Shown here one piece after another: positions 52,628 through 62,713 of a stretch of 64,000 bases of DNA; the stretch's first letter is position 1, and each line of letters opens with the position of its first letter. Below the pieces are notes generated by a model. The model was not told the origin of the DNA. It did no database searches and was given only the letters and a program-made list of their open reading frames with translations. This stretch comes from Candidatus Oxydemutatoraceae bacterium (GTDB lineage: Bacteria > Pseudomonadota > Gammaproteobacteria > Poriferisulfidales > Oxydemutatoraceae). The stretch covers positions 1,024,001 through 1,088,000 of the forward strand of contig OZ244717.1 in NCBI GenBank assembly GCA_965218975.1, in the 5' to 3' direction. A program made the position numbers and the translations under genes.

Positions 52628-53564
52628 AAAAGCCGGGCAATATGCGACACTAATGCCTGATTACTTGGATAAGCCTAGGTCTTATTCGTTTGCTCGGGCT
52701 CCCGAATGTGAGAAACCGGGCGAATATACTTTCTTTATTCGTTTGCTGCATGGCGGGTTATTCTCAGGGTGGCTATTTGAGGAAGATCGCACCAATCACC
52801 CGCTGACAATTAGCGGACCATTGGGCAACTTTGGTTTGGATGCATCGGACCGTACCATGCTATGTGTTGCAGGCGGTAGCGGCATGAGTGCGATTTTTGC
52901 AATTCTTGAGCATGCAGTTGAGCAACAAGTCAAGCGTGACGCTTATTTCTTTTATGGTGCGCGCACTCAAAAAGATCTCTATATGCTTGATGAATTACAA
53001 GATTTTGTTAAGCGATGGCACCTGAGTTATAAATTGGAATTTATTCCGGTACTTTCAGGCGACCCTGCCGCTAATAAAAGTTGGACGGGGGCGACCGGAT
53101 TTGTGACTGATTATGTGGAGATGGAGTATATCCGGAATAAAAAAATTGACGTGGCGGATGCGGTCGCATATTTCTGCGGACCACCGCCGATGATTGATTT
53201 AGGTGTCGAGATGCTTTTGAATAAAGGGATGGATGTCAACGATATCCGGTATGATAAATTTGAGGATGCAAGTTCTCCCGTGCCTGTTATTGACAACTCA
53301 AAGTGTGTGTTATGCGATGAATGCCTGATGGTGAAACCGATCGATAAGTGCATTGTTGAAGTAATCGATTTGAATAATGGTAACGGCTCCGGCTATCGTC
53401 CGGTGATTCCGGCTCAAACGTCGGGTCTTTATTATAATTCCTTATATATAGATGAGAGTGAATGCATTCGGTGCTACGCTTGCGTTGATGCATGCCCTGC
53501 CGATGCGATTAATCCAAATTATGCGAAAGAGTTAAAAACTTTACGTCGCAGCAGCGGCACTTAA
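52628..53564 (+). pseudogene. 5'-truncated duplicate of the FNR-ferredoxin reductase
   Basis: Near-identical to 44797-45733 (one visible K->M change); lacks about the first 64 codons; ORF 52518 starts inside the IS end. Confidence 0.85.
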
Positions 53565-53724
53565 AGTTAATAGTTTTCGGCATTTTACATCAGTTATTTT
53601 CTGTCGCGCATTTCTTAGCCCGAATGATTTTTACGTTTTGCTTGTTTTCTTTATTGAAAAACGGACGCGTTCTATATGCGCTGAAGTCAGTTGATATATA
53701 ATCAATAAATAACTGATTAACGAT

Positions 53725-53801
53725 GCGCCCGTAGCTCAGTCGGATAGAGTACCTGGCTACGAACCAGGCGGTCGGGAGTTCGAATCTCTCCGGGCGCGCC
53801 A
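53725..53801 (+). tRNA. tRNA-Arg(ACG), copy 2
   Basis: Identical to 45894-45970. Confidence 0.96.
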
Positions 53802-53990
53802 CCGATTACCATAATAATCAAGCAGTTATTACTCCGGGCAGTGGTCGCTTGCGGGCAGTGGTCGCTTGGAGTTTTTCTCTAAAGCTAGGTTTTGGTATTA
53901 AGGCAAATAGGTGCATACTGTAGGGTACAAACACGTTATGTGTTACGATGTAAAAATATTGCCCCAATTCTTTAAAGGAGTTCTGATGTA

Positions 53991-56900
53991 ATGAAAATGT
54001 GTTTCAAGTTTCTTCCTAATTTATATCTGCTTGCCGTATTGATTGCTTTAGCCTATGTTCCGCATGCCCATGCACAATCTGGTATTTGCGACCGTAACAT
54101 GCGGGTTCAAAATGCGATTCTCGACCAGCTTGCCGACATAGACGACTGTGCGGAGGTAACCGAGGACAATCTGAACTCCCTCGCCGGGGAGTTGACAGTG
54201 ATGGGAACATTTCTCCCCTTGAATGAGGGGGACTTTGATAATCTTGGCTCTTTGACAACGCTGAATTTGAGGAACAATGAATTATCGAGTCTGCCTGCGA
54301 ACATATTTGATGCTCTTGGCTCTTTGGAAACGCTGAATTTGTTGGGCAATGGTGAAATACCGAATCTACCTGAGGGCATATTTGATGAACTTGACTCTTT
54401 GACAACGCTGAATTTGGCGGGCAATGGATTTTTGAGTCTGTCTGCGGGTATATTTAATAATCTTGGCTCTTTGACAACGCTGAGTTTGAGGAACGAGAAT
54501 TTTTCGAGTCTGCCTGCGGGTATATTTGATGCTCTTGGCTCTTTGACAACGCTGAATTTGGAGAACAATTTTTTATCGAGTCTGCCTGCGGGCATATTTA
54601 ATAATCTTGACTCTTTGACAACGCTGAATTTGTCGAAAAATCTTTTAACGCTGTATTTGGAGAACAATGAATTATCGAGTCTGCCTGCGGGTATATTCGA
54701 GCGCCTCACATCGCTTGAAACAATTGATTTGCGCGACAATCCCGGCAGTAACTCCTTCAAACCGTTGGCGAATGCCGGATCCGACCTGACTATCACCGTC
54801 GGCGAAGTCGTTAGGCTGGACGCTACCGCCACCGATGGCGGTCCGTTTGGGAGCAACCTGAGTTTTGCGTGGTTGCAGGACGGAAGCGATAGCACGACTG
54901 TGACGCTGACCGATGCCGCTACCGCCACACCCACGTTCACCGTGCCGGCGGACACGCCGGACGGGACCGTGTTTCAATTTGATCTGACAGTGGTCGGCGG
55001 GAATAAGTTTGGGACTCTTGATGATTCGTCTCAACAGAGACTGACCGACAGCGACTCGGTGGCGGTAACGGCTGTTGTAATACCGCCTGGCGCGCCGACG
55101 ACTTTGACGGCAACGCCGGGTAACGGGCAGGTAGAATTGGAGTGGGCGCCGCCGGGAGATATCGGCGGTAGCGCGATCACGCATTATGAATATCGGCAGA
55201 GAACCACTGGCGAAGATTTCGGTTCATGGACGGATATTCCGGACGGCGATGATGATGCGGATAGTGACGCCGGCAACGAGACGCGTTCTACAGTCACTAG
55301 TCTGACGAACGGCATCGCATACACCTTTCAAGTGCGCGCAGTCAGCGCCGGCGGGGGCCCAGGCGAGGCAACCGACGAAGTAACGGCGATTGCAGGAATG
55401 GGCTTGGGCATTTGCGATCGTACACGGCAGGTTCAAGAGGCGATTCTCGACCGGCTTGGGCTTGACATGACCGTGACCGCCTGTGCGGAGGTAACCGAGG
55501 ACAATCTGAACACCCTCGCCGGGGGGTTGGACTTTTCTCTAGAAGGAATTACCGCCCTGAAGGAGGGGGACTTTGATGATCTTGACTCTTTGACAACGTT
55601 GAATTTGCGGGGCAACTCTAGAAATCATTTGTCGAGTCTGCCTGCGGATATATTTGATGATCTTACCTCTTTGACAACGCTGGATTTGGGTTTCAATCGA
55701 TTATCGAGTCTGCCTGCGAGTCTGCCTCCGGGCATATTTGATGATCTTGACTCTTTGGAAACGCTGGATTTGACGTTCAATCTATTATCGAGTCTGCCTC
55801 CGGGCATATTTGATGCTCTTGACTCTTTGGAAACGCTGCTTTTGTTGAACAATGAAATATCGAGTCTGCCTGAGGACATATTTAATAGTCTTGGCTCTTT
55901 GACAACGCTGAATTTGCAACTCAATCAATTATCGCGTCTGCCTGAGGGCATATTTAATAATCTTGACTCTTTGGCAACGCTGATTTTGCGTGACAATCAA
56001 TTATCGAGTTTGCCTGCGGGCATATTTGATAGTCTTGGCTCTTTGACAACGCTGAATTTGCGTGGCAATCAATTATCGCGTCTGCCTGAGGGCATATTTA
56101 ATAATCTTGACTCTTTGGCAACGCTGATTTTGCGTGACAATCGATTATCGAGTTTGCCTGCGGGCATATTCGAGCGCCTCACATCGCTTAAAACAATTGA
56201 TTTGCGCGACAATCCCGGCACTGACTCCTTCATACCGTCGGCGAATGCCGGATCCGATCGGACCGCCGCCCCCGACGAAGTCGTTATGCTGGACGCTACC
56301 GCTACCGACGGCGGTCCGTTCGGGAGCAACCTGAGTTTTGCGTGGTTGCAGGACGGAAGCGATAGCACGACTGTGACGTTGACCGGCGCCGCTACCGCCA
56401 CGCCCACGTTCACCGTGCCGGTGGGCACGCCGCTGGACGGGATCGTGTTTCGATTTGATCTGACAGTGGTCGGCGGGAATAAGTTTGGGACTCTTGATGA
56501 TTCCTCTCGACGGAGACTGACCGACGACAGCGCCTCGGTGGAGGTAACGGTTGGAATACCGCCCGGCGCGCCGATGTTTTTGACAGCAACGTCGGGCAAG
56601 GGGCAGGTAGGATTGGAGTGGATGTCGCCGGGCGGTATCGGCAGCACAATCACGCATTATGAATATCGGCAGAGAACCACTGGCGAAGATTTCGGTTCAT
56701 GGACGGATATTCCGGACGGCGATGATGCGAATAGTGACGCCGGCAACGAGACGCGTTATACAGTCACTAGTCTGACGAACGGCATCGCATACACCTTTCA
56801 AGTGCGCGCAGTCAGCGCCGCGGGCCCAGGCGAGGCAACCGACGAAGTAACGGCGATTGCAGGAATGGGCTTGGGCATTTGCGATCGTACACGGCAGGTT

Positions 56901-59771
56901 CAAGAGGGGATTCTCAGCGAGCTTTCCGATGCAACCGACTGTGCGGTGGTAGCCGATACCGATCTGAACTCTATCATTGAGCTGGATCTGGCCGGAACTG
57001 AAATTACCGCCCTGAAGGTAGGAGACTTTGCCGGACTCGCTACGATGACGACGCTGAATCTGAGCTTTAATGAACTATCGAGTTTGCCCGCTGGCGTATT
57101 CGATGGTCTCAGCACGCTTGAACGTCTATATATGCAAAAAATCGGCCTGACGACCCTGACAGAAAGTGTGTTTAACGACCTCACTGCACTTAAAGAACTG
57201 GATCTGGTAGAGAACAAACTGACAACCCTGCCCGGCGGTGTGTTTGACAGCACCACCATGCTTAATCGGTTGTATCTGAATGATAATCAGTTGGAAATGC
57301 TGCCCGACGACGTGTTCGAGCGCTTAACATCATTGGATTTCATCACTCTATTCCGTAATCCCGACAGTGAATCCTTCAAACCGATGGCAAATGCCGGTCC
57401 CGACCGAGAGGTTATTGCCGGTGACAGAGTTACGTTGGAGTTGGACGGCACTGCTACCGACGGCGGTCCGTTCGGGAATAACATTGAATTTTCTTGGTCG
57501 CGCGACGATCTTTTGGATACAGAGGGGCTTACCAAGTGGACAACCGCCAGGCCTATGTTTATTGTGCCGGGGAACACGCCGGTTGGAACGACGCTCCGAC
57601 TCACCCTGACGGTTAGAGGCAAAGGTGAGACTGCACCTCGATTCGATGACCCGAGAGGTCACCTTACCGACCGTACCACATTGACAGTGACGGTTCTACC
57701 CCGGCCTAAGATATCAATCATGCTGCCACCCGGTGGGGAGTCGGTGGTGGAAGGGGAACCTGCGGTGTTCATACTGAACCGGACGGAGTCGGCAAATACG
57801 GCGCTGACGGTGAATATTAAGGTGATTAGGACGGTTTTTGACTCGGCGCCGCCCAGTACGGTGACTGCGGTGCTTGTGGTGCCGCCTGATACGGTGACTT
57901 TTGATGCCGGTTCTGCGACGACAATACTTAGCCTCGCTACTGACGACGATATGCTTGATGAGCCCGATAGCATACTGACGGTTGACATCATTAGCGGTGC
58001 GGGTTATGAGGACGTTTCTCGCGAACCAATTTCGGTAGTAGTTACCGACAATGACGTTACGTTCATCGAAGAAATTGCGCCGGGCGGGCCAAATGGATTC
58101 ATTGTTGATATCGGTGCTGCGGATTACGTTATTATTTCAGGCCGGCATAATGATGGGGCAAGGATTAACGCAGACGTTTTGCTGCCGGATATGTTTGGCT
58201 CTTCGTTGCGAACCTGTATTGTCTATGGTTTTCCGGAGAATGAACCGACGAACGCAGAGGAGTGCGATTCTTTGCACGGATCGTTGATAGAAGAGCCGAT
58301 AGTTCAAGTGCCTGTGTTCGGTAGCGTATTGTACGGGGTTGATGTTGAAGACGACGGGGGGGTGACTACTGTTCGGGAAAGTCTAAGGATTTATGTTGCA
58401 CCGCCAACCGGATTTCCTTCCGAAGTGCGGTGGCGGCATTTTCCTGGCCCTGCACCGATAGACATGCTTTTATTGACGTCGGATAATGATGGCGTGCCGG
58501 AATCAATTGACTTTGATTTTGAACTAGGGTCCGGCAAGCGAATGGTCGGTCCGATAGATGTTTCTTTTGCAAAGGGGCGTAGCACGGTCAGTATAAGTTT
58601 ATTGCCTGAGGAAAACGTTGTTCGACTTTCAAAAATTAATGGAGTTGCTTTTTCCGGTAGACGCGATGACGATTTGAGTATGGTCACCGAAGCGATGCTT
58701 CGTGACAACAAACTATTTTCGCTGGGCAATAATGAAATAGAGTTTGTTGATGCGAAAGAACCGGATGAAAGCCCGATTGAGTCCGTCGAGCCCGTCGTTT
58801 CGCTGCCCGAGTTGGTCACGTTTGATCAAGTAACCACAATCACGCTGACGGGCGATTATATTGTTAATGTTTTCGCATACGCTACGGCGACAGCGACTTT
58901 CGATCAAGTGGGTATGTCCGAAGACGTTGTGAGGGGGGTGGTAATTGACATCAGCAATGATGATACTATCAGGAGTTTTGACAATCGGGGTATGGAGCGT
59001 ATCATTTCGTTTGACGATGCGGATTTCAGCCCGCACATTTTTCAAGTGGAAATATCCACCAACATGGAAGTGATAGCGACTATCAACGCACTCGGAGACG
59101 TTGCGACCGATTTAGGAAATGCTAGTACGGAGCAGCTTACACTAACGACGCGTGGGGAATTGCTGCCTGGTTTCTATGCTTACAAAAACGTTTTCAATCT
59201 CCCGCCGTTGCCGGACGGTCGCGAGGTTTCGGACCCGGAAATCGAGGTGTTTGATTTCATAGTCACTGACTTCCCCGCCGGCGTTGCAACTATCGTAATT
59301 GAGTTGGCTGCTCCGACTCAGGAAGGATCACTCTACTATAGATATCGTCGTTCGGAAGATGATTCGACAGATGACTGGGTACCTTTTGAAGCGGGAGACA
59401 TTGATAAGATTTTCAGTGCACCTGCTCCATGCCCGAGTGCGCAAGCGAGTAGAGAAACGAATGCGGGTGGCAGTCAAAACGATTATGCGTGGTATTTAGC
59501 GTCTAGCGGCACTCGCGCAAACGACCAATGTCTGATGCTTGAAATTGAAGACGGTTCGGTAAATGATGCCGATGGCAGAGTTAACGGGATTATATTTAGC
59601 ACCGGCGCAAGTGTTGGCGTCGCTGATGATGGTGTCACTGATGACGGTCATCGTCGCGGCGGTAGTGGCGCCATCGGTTTATGGTGGCTACTTCTGCTCG
59701 TCGGCATAGTCTCTGGAGCTGCTGCGTTGAAGCGTCGAGATGAAGGTTTCAACCGACGATTTTTACCTTAA
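53991..59771 (+). CDS. Secreted LRR surface protein (LRR-PKD-FN3 x2, LRR-PKD, Calx-like, GlyGly-CTERM anchor)
   Basis: Same signal peptide and C-terminal ~620 aa as 46157-50704; three LRR blocks with GICDR caps; two near-identical FN3 domains. Confidence 0.9.
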   Translation: MKMCFKFLPNLYLLAVLIALAYVPHAHAQSGICDRNMRVQNAILDQLADIDDCAEVTEDNLNSLAGELTVMGTFLPLNEGDFDNLGSLTTLNLRNNELSSLPANIFDALGSLETLNLLGNGEIPNLPEGIFDELDSLTTLNLAGNGFLSLSAGIFNNLGSLTTLSLRNENFSSLPAGIFDALGSLTTLNLENNFLSSLPAGIFNNLDSLTTLNLSKNLLTLYLENNELSSLPAGIFERLTSLETIDLRDNPGSNSFKPLANAGSDLTITVGEVVRLDATATDGGPFGSNLSFAWLQDGSDSTTVTLTDAATATPTFTVPADTPDGTVFQFDLTVVGGNKFGTLDDSSQQRLTDSDSVAVTAVVIPPGAPTTLTATPGNGQVELEWAPPGDIGGSAITHYEYRQRTTGEDFGSWTDIPDGDDDADSDAGNETRSTVTSLTNGIAYTFQVRAVSAGGGPGEATDEVTAIAGMGLGICDRTRQVQEAILDRLGLDMTVTACAEVTEDNLNTLAGGLDFSLEGITALKEGDFDDLDSLTTLNLRGNSRNHLSSLPADIFDDLTSLTTLDLGFNRLSSLPASLPPGIFDDLDSLETLDLTFNLLSSLPPGIFDALDSLETLLLLNNEISSLPEDIFNSLGSLTTLNLQLNQLSRLPEGIFNNLDSLATLILRDNQLSSLPAGIFDSLGSLTTLNLRGNQLSRLPEGIFNNLDSLATLILRDNRLSSLPAGIFERLTSLKTIDLRDNPGTDSFIPSANAGSDRTAAPDEVVMLDATATDGGPFGSNLSFAWLQDGSDSTTVTLTGAATATPTFTVPVGTPLDGIVFRFDLTVVGGNKFGTLDDSSRRRLTDDSASVEVTVGIPPGAPMFLTATSGKGQVGLEWMSPGGIGSTITHYEYRQRTTGEDFGSWTDIPDGDDANSDAGNETRYTVTSLTNGIAYTFQVRAVSAAGPGEATDEVTAIAGMGLGICDRTRQVQEGILSELSDATDCAVVADTDLNSIIELDLAGTEITALKVGDFAGLATMTTLNLSFNELSSLPAGVFDGLSTLERLYMQKIGLTTLTESVFNDLTALKELDLVENKLTTLPGGVFDSTTMLNRLYLNDNQLEMLPDDVFERLTSLDFITLFRNPDSESFKPMANAGPDREVIAGDRVTLELDGTATDGGPFGNNIEFSWSRDDLLDTEGLTKWTTARPMFIVPGNTPVGTTLRLTLTVRGKGETAPRFDDPRGHLTDRTTLTVTVLPRPKISIMLPPGGESVVEGEPAVFILNRTESANTALTVNIKVIRTVFDSAPPSTVTAVLVVPPDTVTFDAGSATTILSLATDDDMLDEPDSILTVDIISGAGYEDVSREPISVVVTDNDVTFIEEIAPGGPNGFIVDIGAADYVIISGRHNDGARINADVLLPDMFGSSLRTCIVYGFPENEPTNAEECDSLHGSLIEEPIVQVPVFGSVLYGVDVEDDGGVTTVRESLRIYVAPPTGFPSEVRWRHFPGPAPIDMLLLTSDNDGVPESIDFDFELGSGKRMVGPIDVSFAKGRSTVSISLLPEENVVRLSKINGVAFSGRRDDDLSMVTEAMLRDNKLFSLGNNEIEFVDAKEPDESPIESVEPVVSLPELVTFDQVTTITLTGDYIVNVFAYATATATFDQVGMSEDVVRGVVIDISNDDTIRSFDNRGMERIISFDDADFSPHIFQVEISTNMEVIATINALGDVATDLGNASTEQLTLTTRGELLPGFYAYKNVFNLPPLPDGREVSDPEIEVFDFIVTDFPAGVATIVIELAAPTQEGSLYYRYRRSEDDSTDDWVPFEAGDIDKIFSAPAPCPSAQASRETNAGGSQNDYAWYLASSGTRANDQCLMLEIEDGSVNDADGRVNGIIFSTGASVGVADDGVTDDGHRRGGSGAIGLWWLLLLVGIVSGAAALKRRDEGFNRRFLP

Positions 59772-60151
59772 AAATTGCTGTCGGTTCGTTCGCCTTTTTA
59801 TTGATTCAAAACAAATAAGTATGGGGATCTCGGACTAAACTTCACGTGCTGACTTTGTTGAGCGGATAGGTGGTAGTATTCGGCAACGTTATCAGCGCGA
59901 CGATGACATTAAAAATTAATGCTAATGCTTTTGTAAGGCAAGCGCTGCCGGATAACCCGTATGCAGATTATGCACACTAGACCGATTAGTTTGGAAAATC
60001 TACAGCAGTGATGAGAAAAATGCGCAGATAAGCATGATCAAGTGCTAATAAGATGAGGAGGGTATAAATAGTTAGCTTTGCTGCCGGCTACGCGGGAAAT
60101 GACGAAGCGCGGGAGCGGTATAACAAAAACGGAGTGGGGTAAAATGCTCAA

Positions 60152-62713
60152 ATGGCTCTGAAGAAATCCCAACTCTACTCCTCGTTATGGAAAAGCTGCG
60201 ACGAGTTGCGCGGCGGCATGGATGCCTCGCAGTACAAGGACTATGTCCTGACGCTGCTGTTTATGAAGTACGTTTCGGATAAACATGCCGGCAATCCCAA
60301 AGCGCTTATTAAAGTGCCGCCCGGCGGCAGTTTTTCCGACATGGTAAAGCTCAAGGGCGACAAGGAGATCGGCGACAAGATCAACAAGATCATTGGCCGG
60401 CTTGCCGAGACTAACGACCTCAAAGGCGTCATTGACCAAGCCGACTTCAACGACGAGAGCAAGCTCGGCACAGGCAAGGAAATGCAAGACCGGCTCTCGA
60501 AGCTGATCGCCATATTCAATGGCCTCGACTTCCGCGCCAACCGCGTCGAGGGCGACGACCTCTTAGGCGACGCCTACGAATACTTGATGCGGCATTTTGC
60601 TACCGAGTCGGGTAAAAGCAAGGGGCAATTCTACACACCGGCAGAAGTTTCGCGCATCATGGCGAAGGTGGTCGGCATTGGCCCGGATACTCAACAGGAC
60701 AGAACTATATACGACCCGACCTGCGGCTCCGGTTCGTTGCTGCTGAAGGCTGCGGATGAAGCACCGCGCGGCATTACCGTTTACGGCCAGGAGATGGACA
60801 ACGCCACCTATGCGCTTGCGCGGATGAATATGATCCTACATGGCCACGAGACCGCCGACCTTTGGCACGGCAACACCTTGGCCGCTCCGTACTTCAAGAA
60901 CAAGAACTCGGACGACCGTCTCAAGACCTTTGACTTTGCCGTCGCCAATCCGCCCTTCTCGACCAAAGCTTGGTCCAATGGCTTTGATCCGGCTAACGAC
61001 GAGTTTGGGCGTTTTACCTGCGGCGTTCCACCGGAGAAGAATGGGGACTATGCCTTTCTTTTACATCTGATCGCGTCGCTTAATAGCAAGGGCAAGGGCG
61101 CGATTATTCTGCCGCACGGCGTGCTGTTTCGTGGCAACAAGGAGGCGGGCATCCGCAAGAATCTCATTCGGTATGGCTTCATCAAGGGTATCATCGGCCT
61201 GCCGGCTAACCTGTTTTACGGCACCGGCATTCCCGCCTGCATTCTGGTCCTCGACAAAGAAAACGCTCGTGCCCGCAGCGGCATCTTTATGATAAACGCG
61301 AGCAAAGGCTTTCTCAAAGACGGCAACAAAAATCGCCTGCGCGCGCAGGACATCCACCGGATCGTCGATGTGTTCAACCGGCCGACAGAGTTGCCACGCT
61401 ATTCCCGCATGGTACCGGTGGCTGAGATCGCTAGCCCGGCCAACGACTACAATCTGAACATCCCGCGCTACATTGATTCCGGCGAACCGGAAGACCTGCA
61501 CGACCTCAACGCGCATCTGCGCGGCGGCATTCCCAATAGCGACCTTGACGCGCTCGGCGCTTATTGGGATGTCTTCCCCTCGCTGCGCCAAGCGTTGTTT
61601 GTTGGCAATGGTCGCTCAGGTTACAGCGAGGTTCGCGTTGAGACACCGCAAGTGAAAGCCGTCATCCTCGATCATGGGGCATTCAAGTCGTACGAGGCGC
61701 AGGTTGCGACCGTTCTCGACGGTTGGCGCAAGGCGCACGAACCGATGCTCAAGAGACTTGAAATAAATACCAATCCCAAGGAAATCATCCGCATCTTGGC
61801 AGAAGATCTGCTGAAGAGGTTTGCCGACTTACCGCTACTTGACTCGTACGACATGTACCAGCGACTGATGGACTATTGGGACGAGGCGATGCAGGACGAC
61901 ATGTATCTTATTACCGCGGACGGTTGGGGCGAGGCTGCCAAGCCACGCAGGATCGTTGCGGACAAGAGGATCAAGGAGATACCGGATCTCACTATCAAGC
62001 GCAGGAAGTACAAGATGGACCTGATTCCCCCGCAGCTGATCGTCGCGCGCTACTTTGCCGATGAACAAGCCGCCGTTGAGGCGCTACAGGACGAGCAGGG
62101 GGCCGTTGCCTGCGAGTTGGAGGAATTCGTCGAAGAACATGGTGCCGACGAGGGCGCGCTCAACGGTCTTGGGAGGAAGAGTGGTATCACCAAGGGTGAT
62201 GCGCAGCGGCGCGTCATCCAACTTAAGGAAGCCATCCTGAAGATATACCCCGAAGGAACACCAGAGCACAATCAGGCGAGGCTTATAAAGAAAACCACCT
62301 TTGGGGTTCATGACTGGATCAAGAACGTCATAGACGAAGAAGGACTATTCGAGGAACTGGACATTCTTTACGATTATCTCCAACTCATGGATCACGAGAA
62401 AAGCCGGAAGAATGTGTACAAACAAGCGGTAGATGCGTTGCTCACGTTGATAATCGAGAAGTACGCCCAACTCGCCGAAGCTGAGATCAAGACGCTTGTG
62501 GTTGAAGACAAGTGGTTTACGAGCATCCGGGTGGCGATTGAGGATGAGGTACAGCGGCTAGCCCAGCAGCTCGCCGGGCGTGTGAAGGAGCTGGAAGAGC
62601 GCTACGCCCGTCCGCTGCCCGAGTTGGAGCGGGAAGCGGAGGCATTTGGCGGGAAGGTTGAGGGGCACTTGAAGCGGATGGGGTTGACGGTAGACCGCGG
62701 AACGGTGCGATGA
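60152..62713 (+). CDS. hsdM: Type I restriction-modification subunit M (long form)
   Basis: LW..CDELRG, GQFYTP, YDPTCGSG, NPPF, LPHGVLFRG, YNLNIPRY. Confidence 0.95.
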   Translation: MALKKSQLYSSLWKSCDELRGGMDASQYKDYVLTLLFMKYVSDKHAGNPKALIKVPPGGSFSDMVKLKGDKEIGDKINKIIGRLAETNDLKGVIDQADFNDESKLGTGKEMQDRLSKLIAIFNGLDFRANRVEGDDLLGDAYEYLMRHFATESGKSKGQFYTPAEVSRIMAKVVGIGPDTQQDRTIYDPTCGSGSLLLKAADEAPRGITVYGQEMDNATYALARMNMILHGHETADLWHGNTLAAPYFKNKNSDDRLKTFDFAVANPPFSTKAWSNGFDPANDEFGRFTCGVPPEKNGDYAFLLHLIASLNSKGKGAIILPHGVLFRGNKEAGIRKNLIRYGFIKGIIGLPANLFYGTGIPACILVLDKENARARSGIFMINASKGFLKDGNKNRLRAQDIHRIVDVFNRPTELPRYSRMVPVAEIASPANDYNLNIPRYIDSGEPEDLHDLNAHLRGGIPNSDLDALGAYWDVFPSLRQALFVGNGRSGYSEVRVETPQVKAVILDHGAFKSYEAQVATVLDGWRKAHEPMLKRLEINTNPKEIIRILAEDLLKRFADLPLLDSYDMYQRLMDYWDEAMQDDMYLITADGWGEAAKPRRIVADKRIKEIPDLTIKRRKYKMDLIPPQLIVARYFADEQAAVEALQDEQGAVACELEEFVEEHGADEGALNGLGRKSGITKGDAQRRVIQLKEAILKIYPEGTPEHNQARLIKKTTFGVHDWIKNVIDEEGLFEELDILYDYLQLMDHEKSRKNVYKQAVDALLTLIIEKYAQLAEAEIKTLVVEDKWFTSIRVAIEDEVQRLAQQLAGRVKELEERYARPLPELEREAEAFGGKVEGHLKRMGLTVDRGTVR

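Noticed and set aside
52518-53564. 348-aa novel fusion protein
   Set aside because: The first ~36 codons are IS1634 terminal DNA read outward with no clear RBS; treated as a truncated duplicate
34081-59771. Diversity-generating retroelement behind the variable surface proteins
   Set aside because: No reverse transcriptase in the window; differences between repeats include indels and are not adenine-specific
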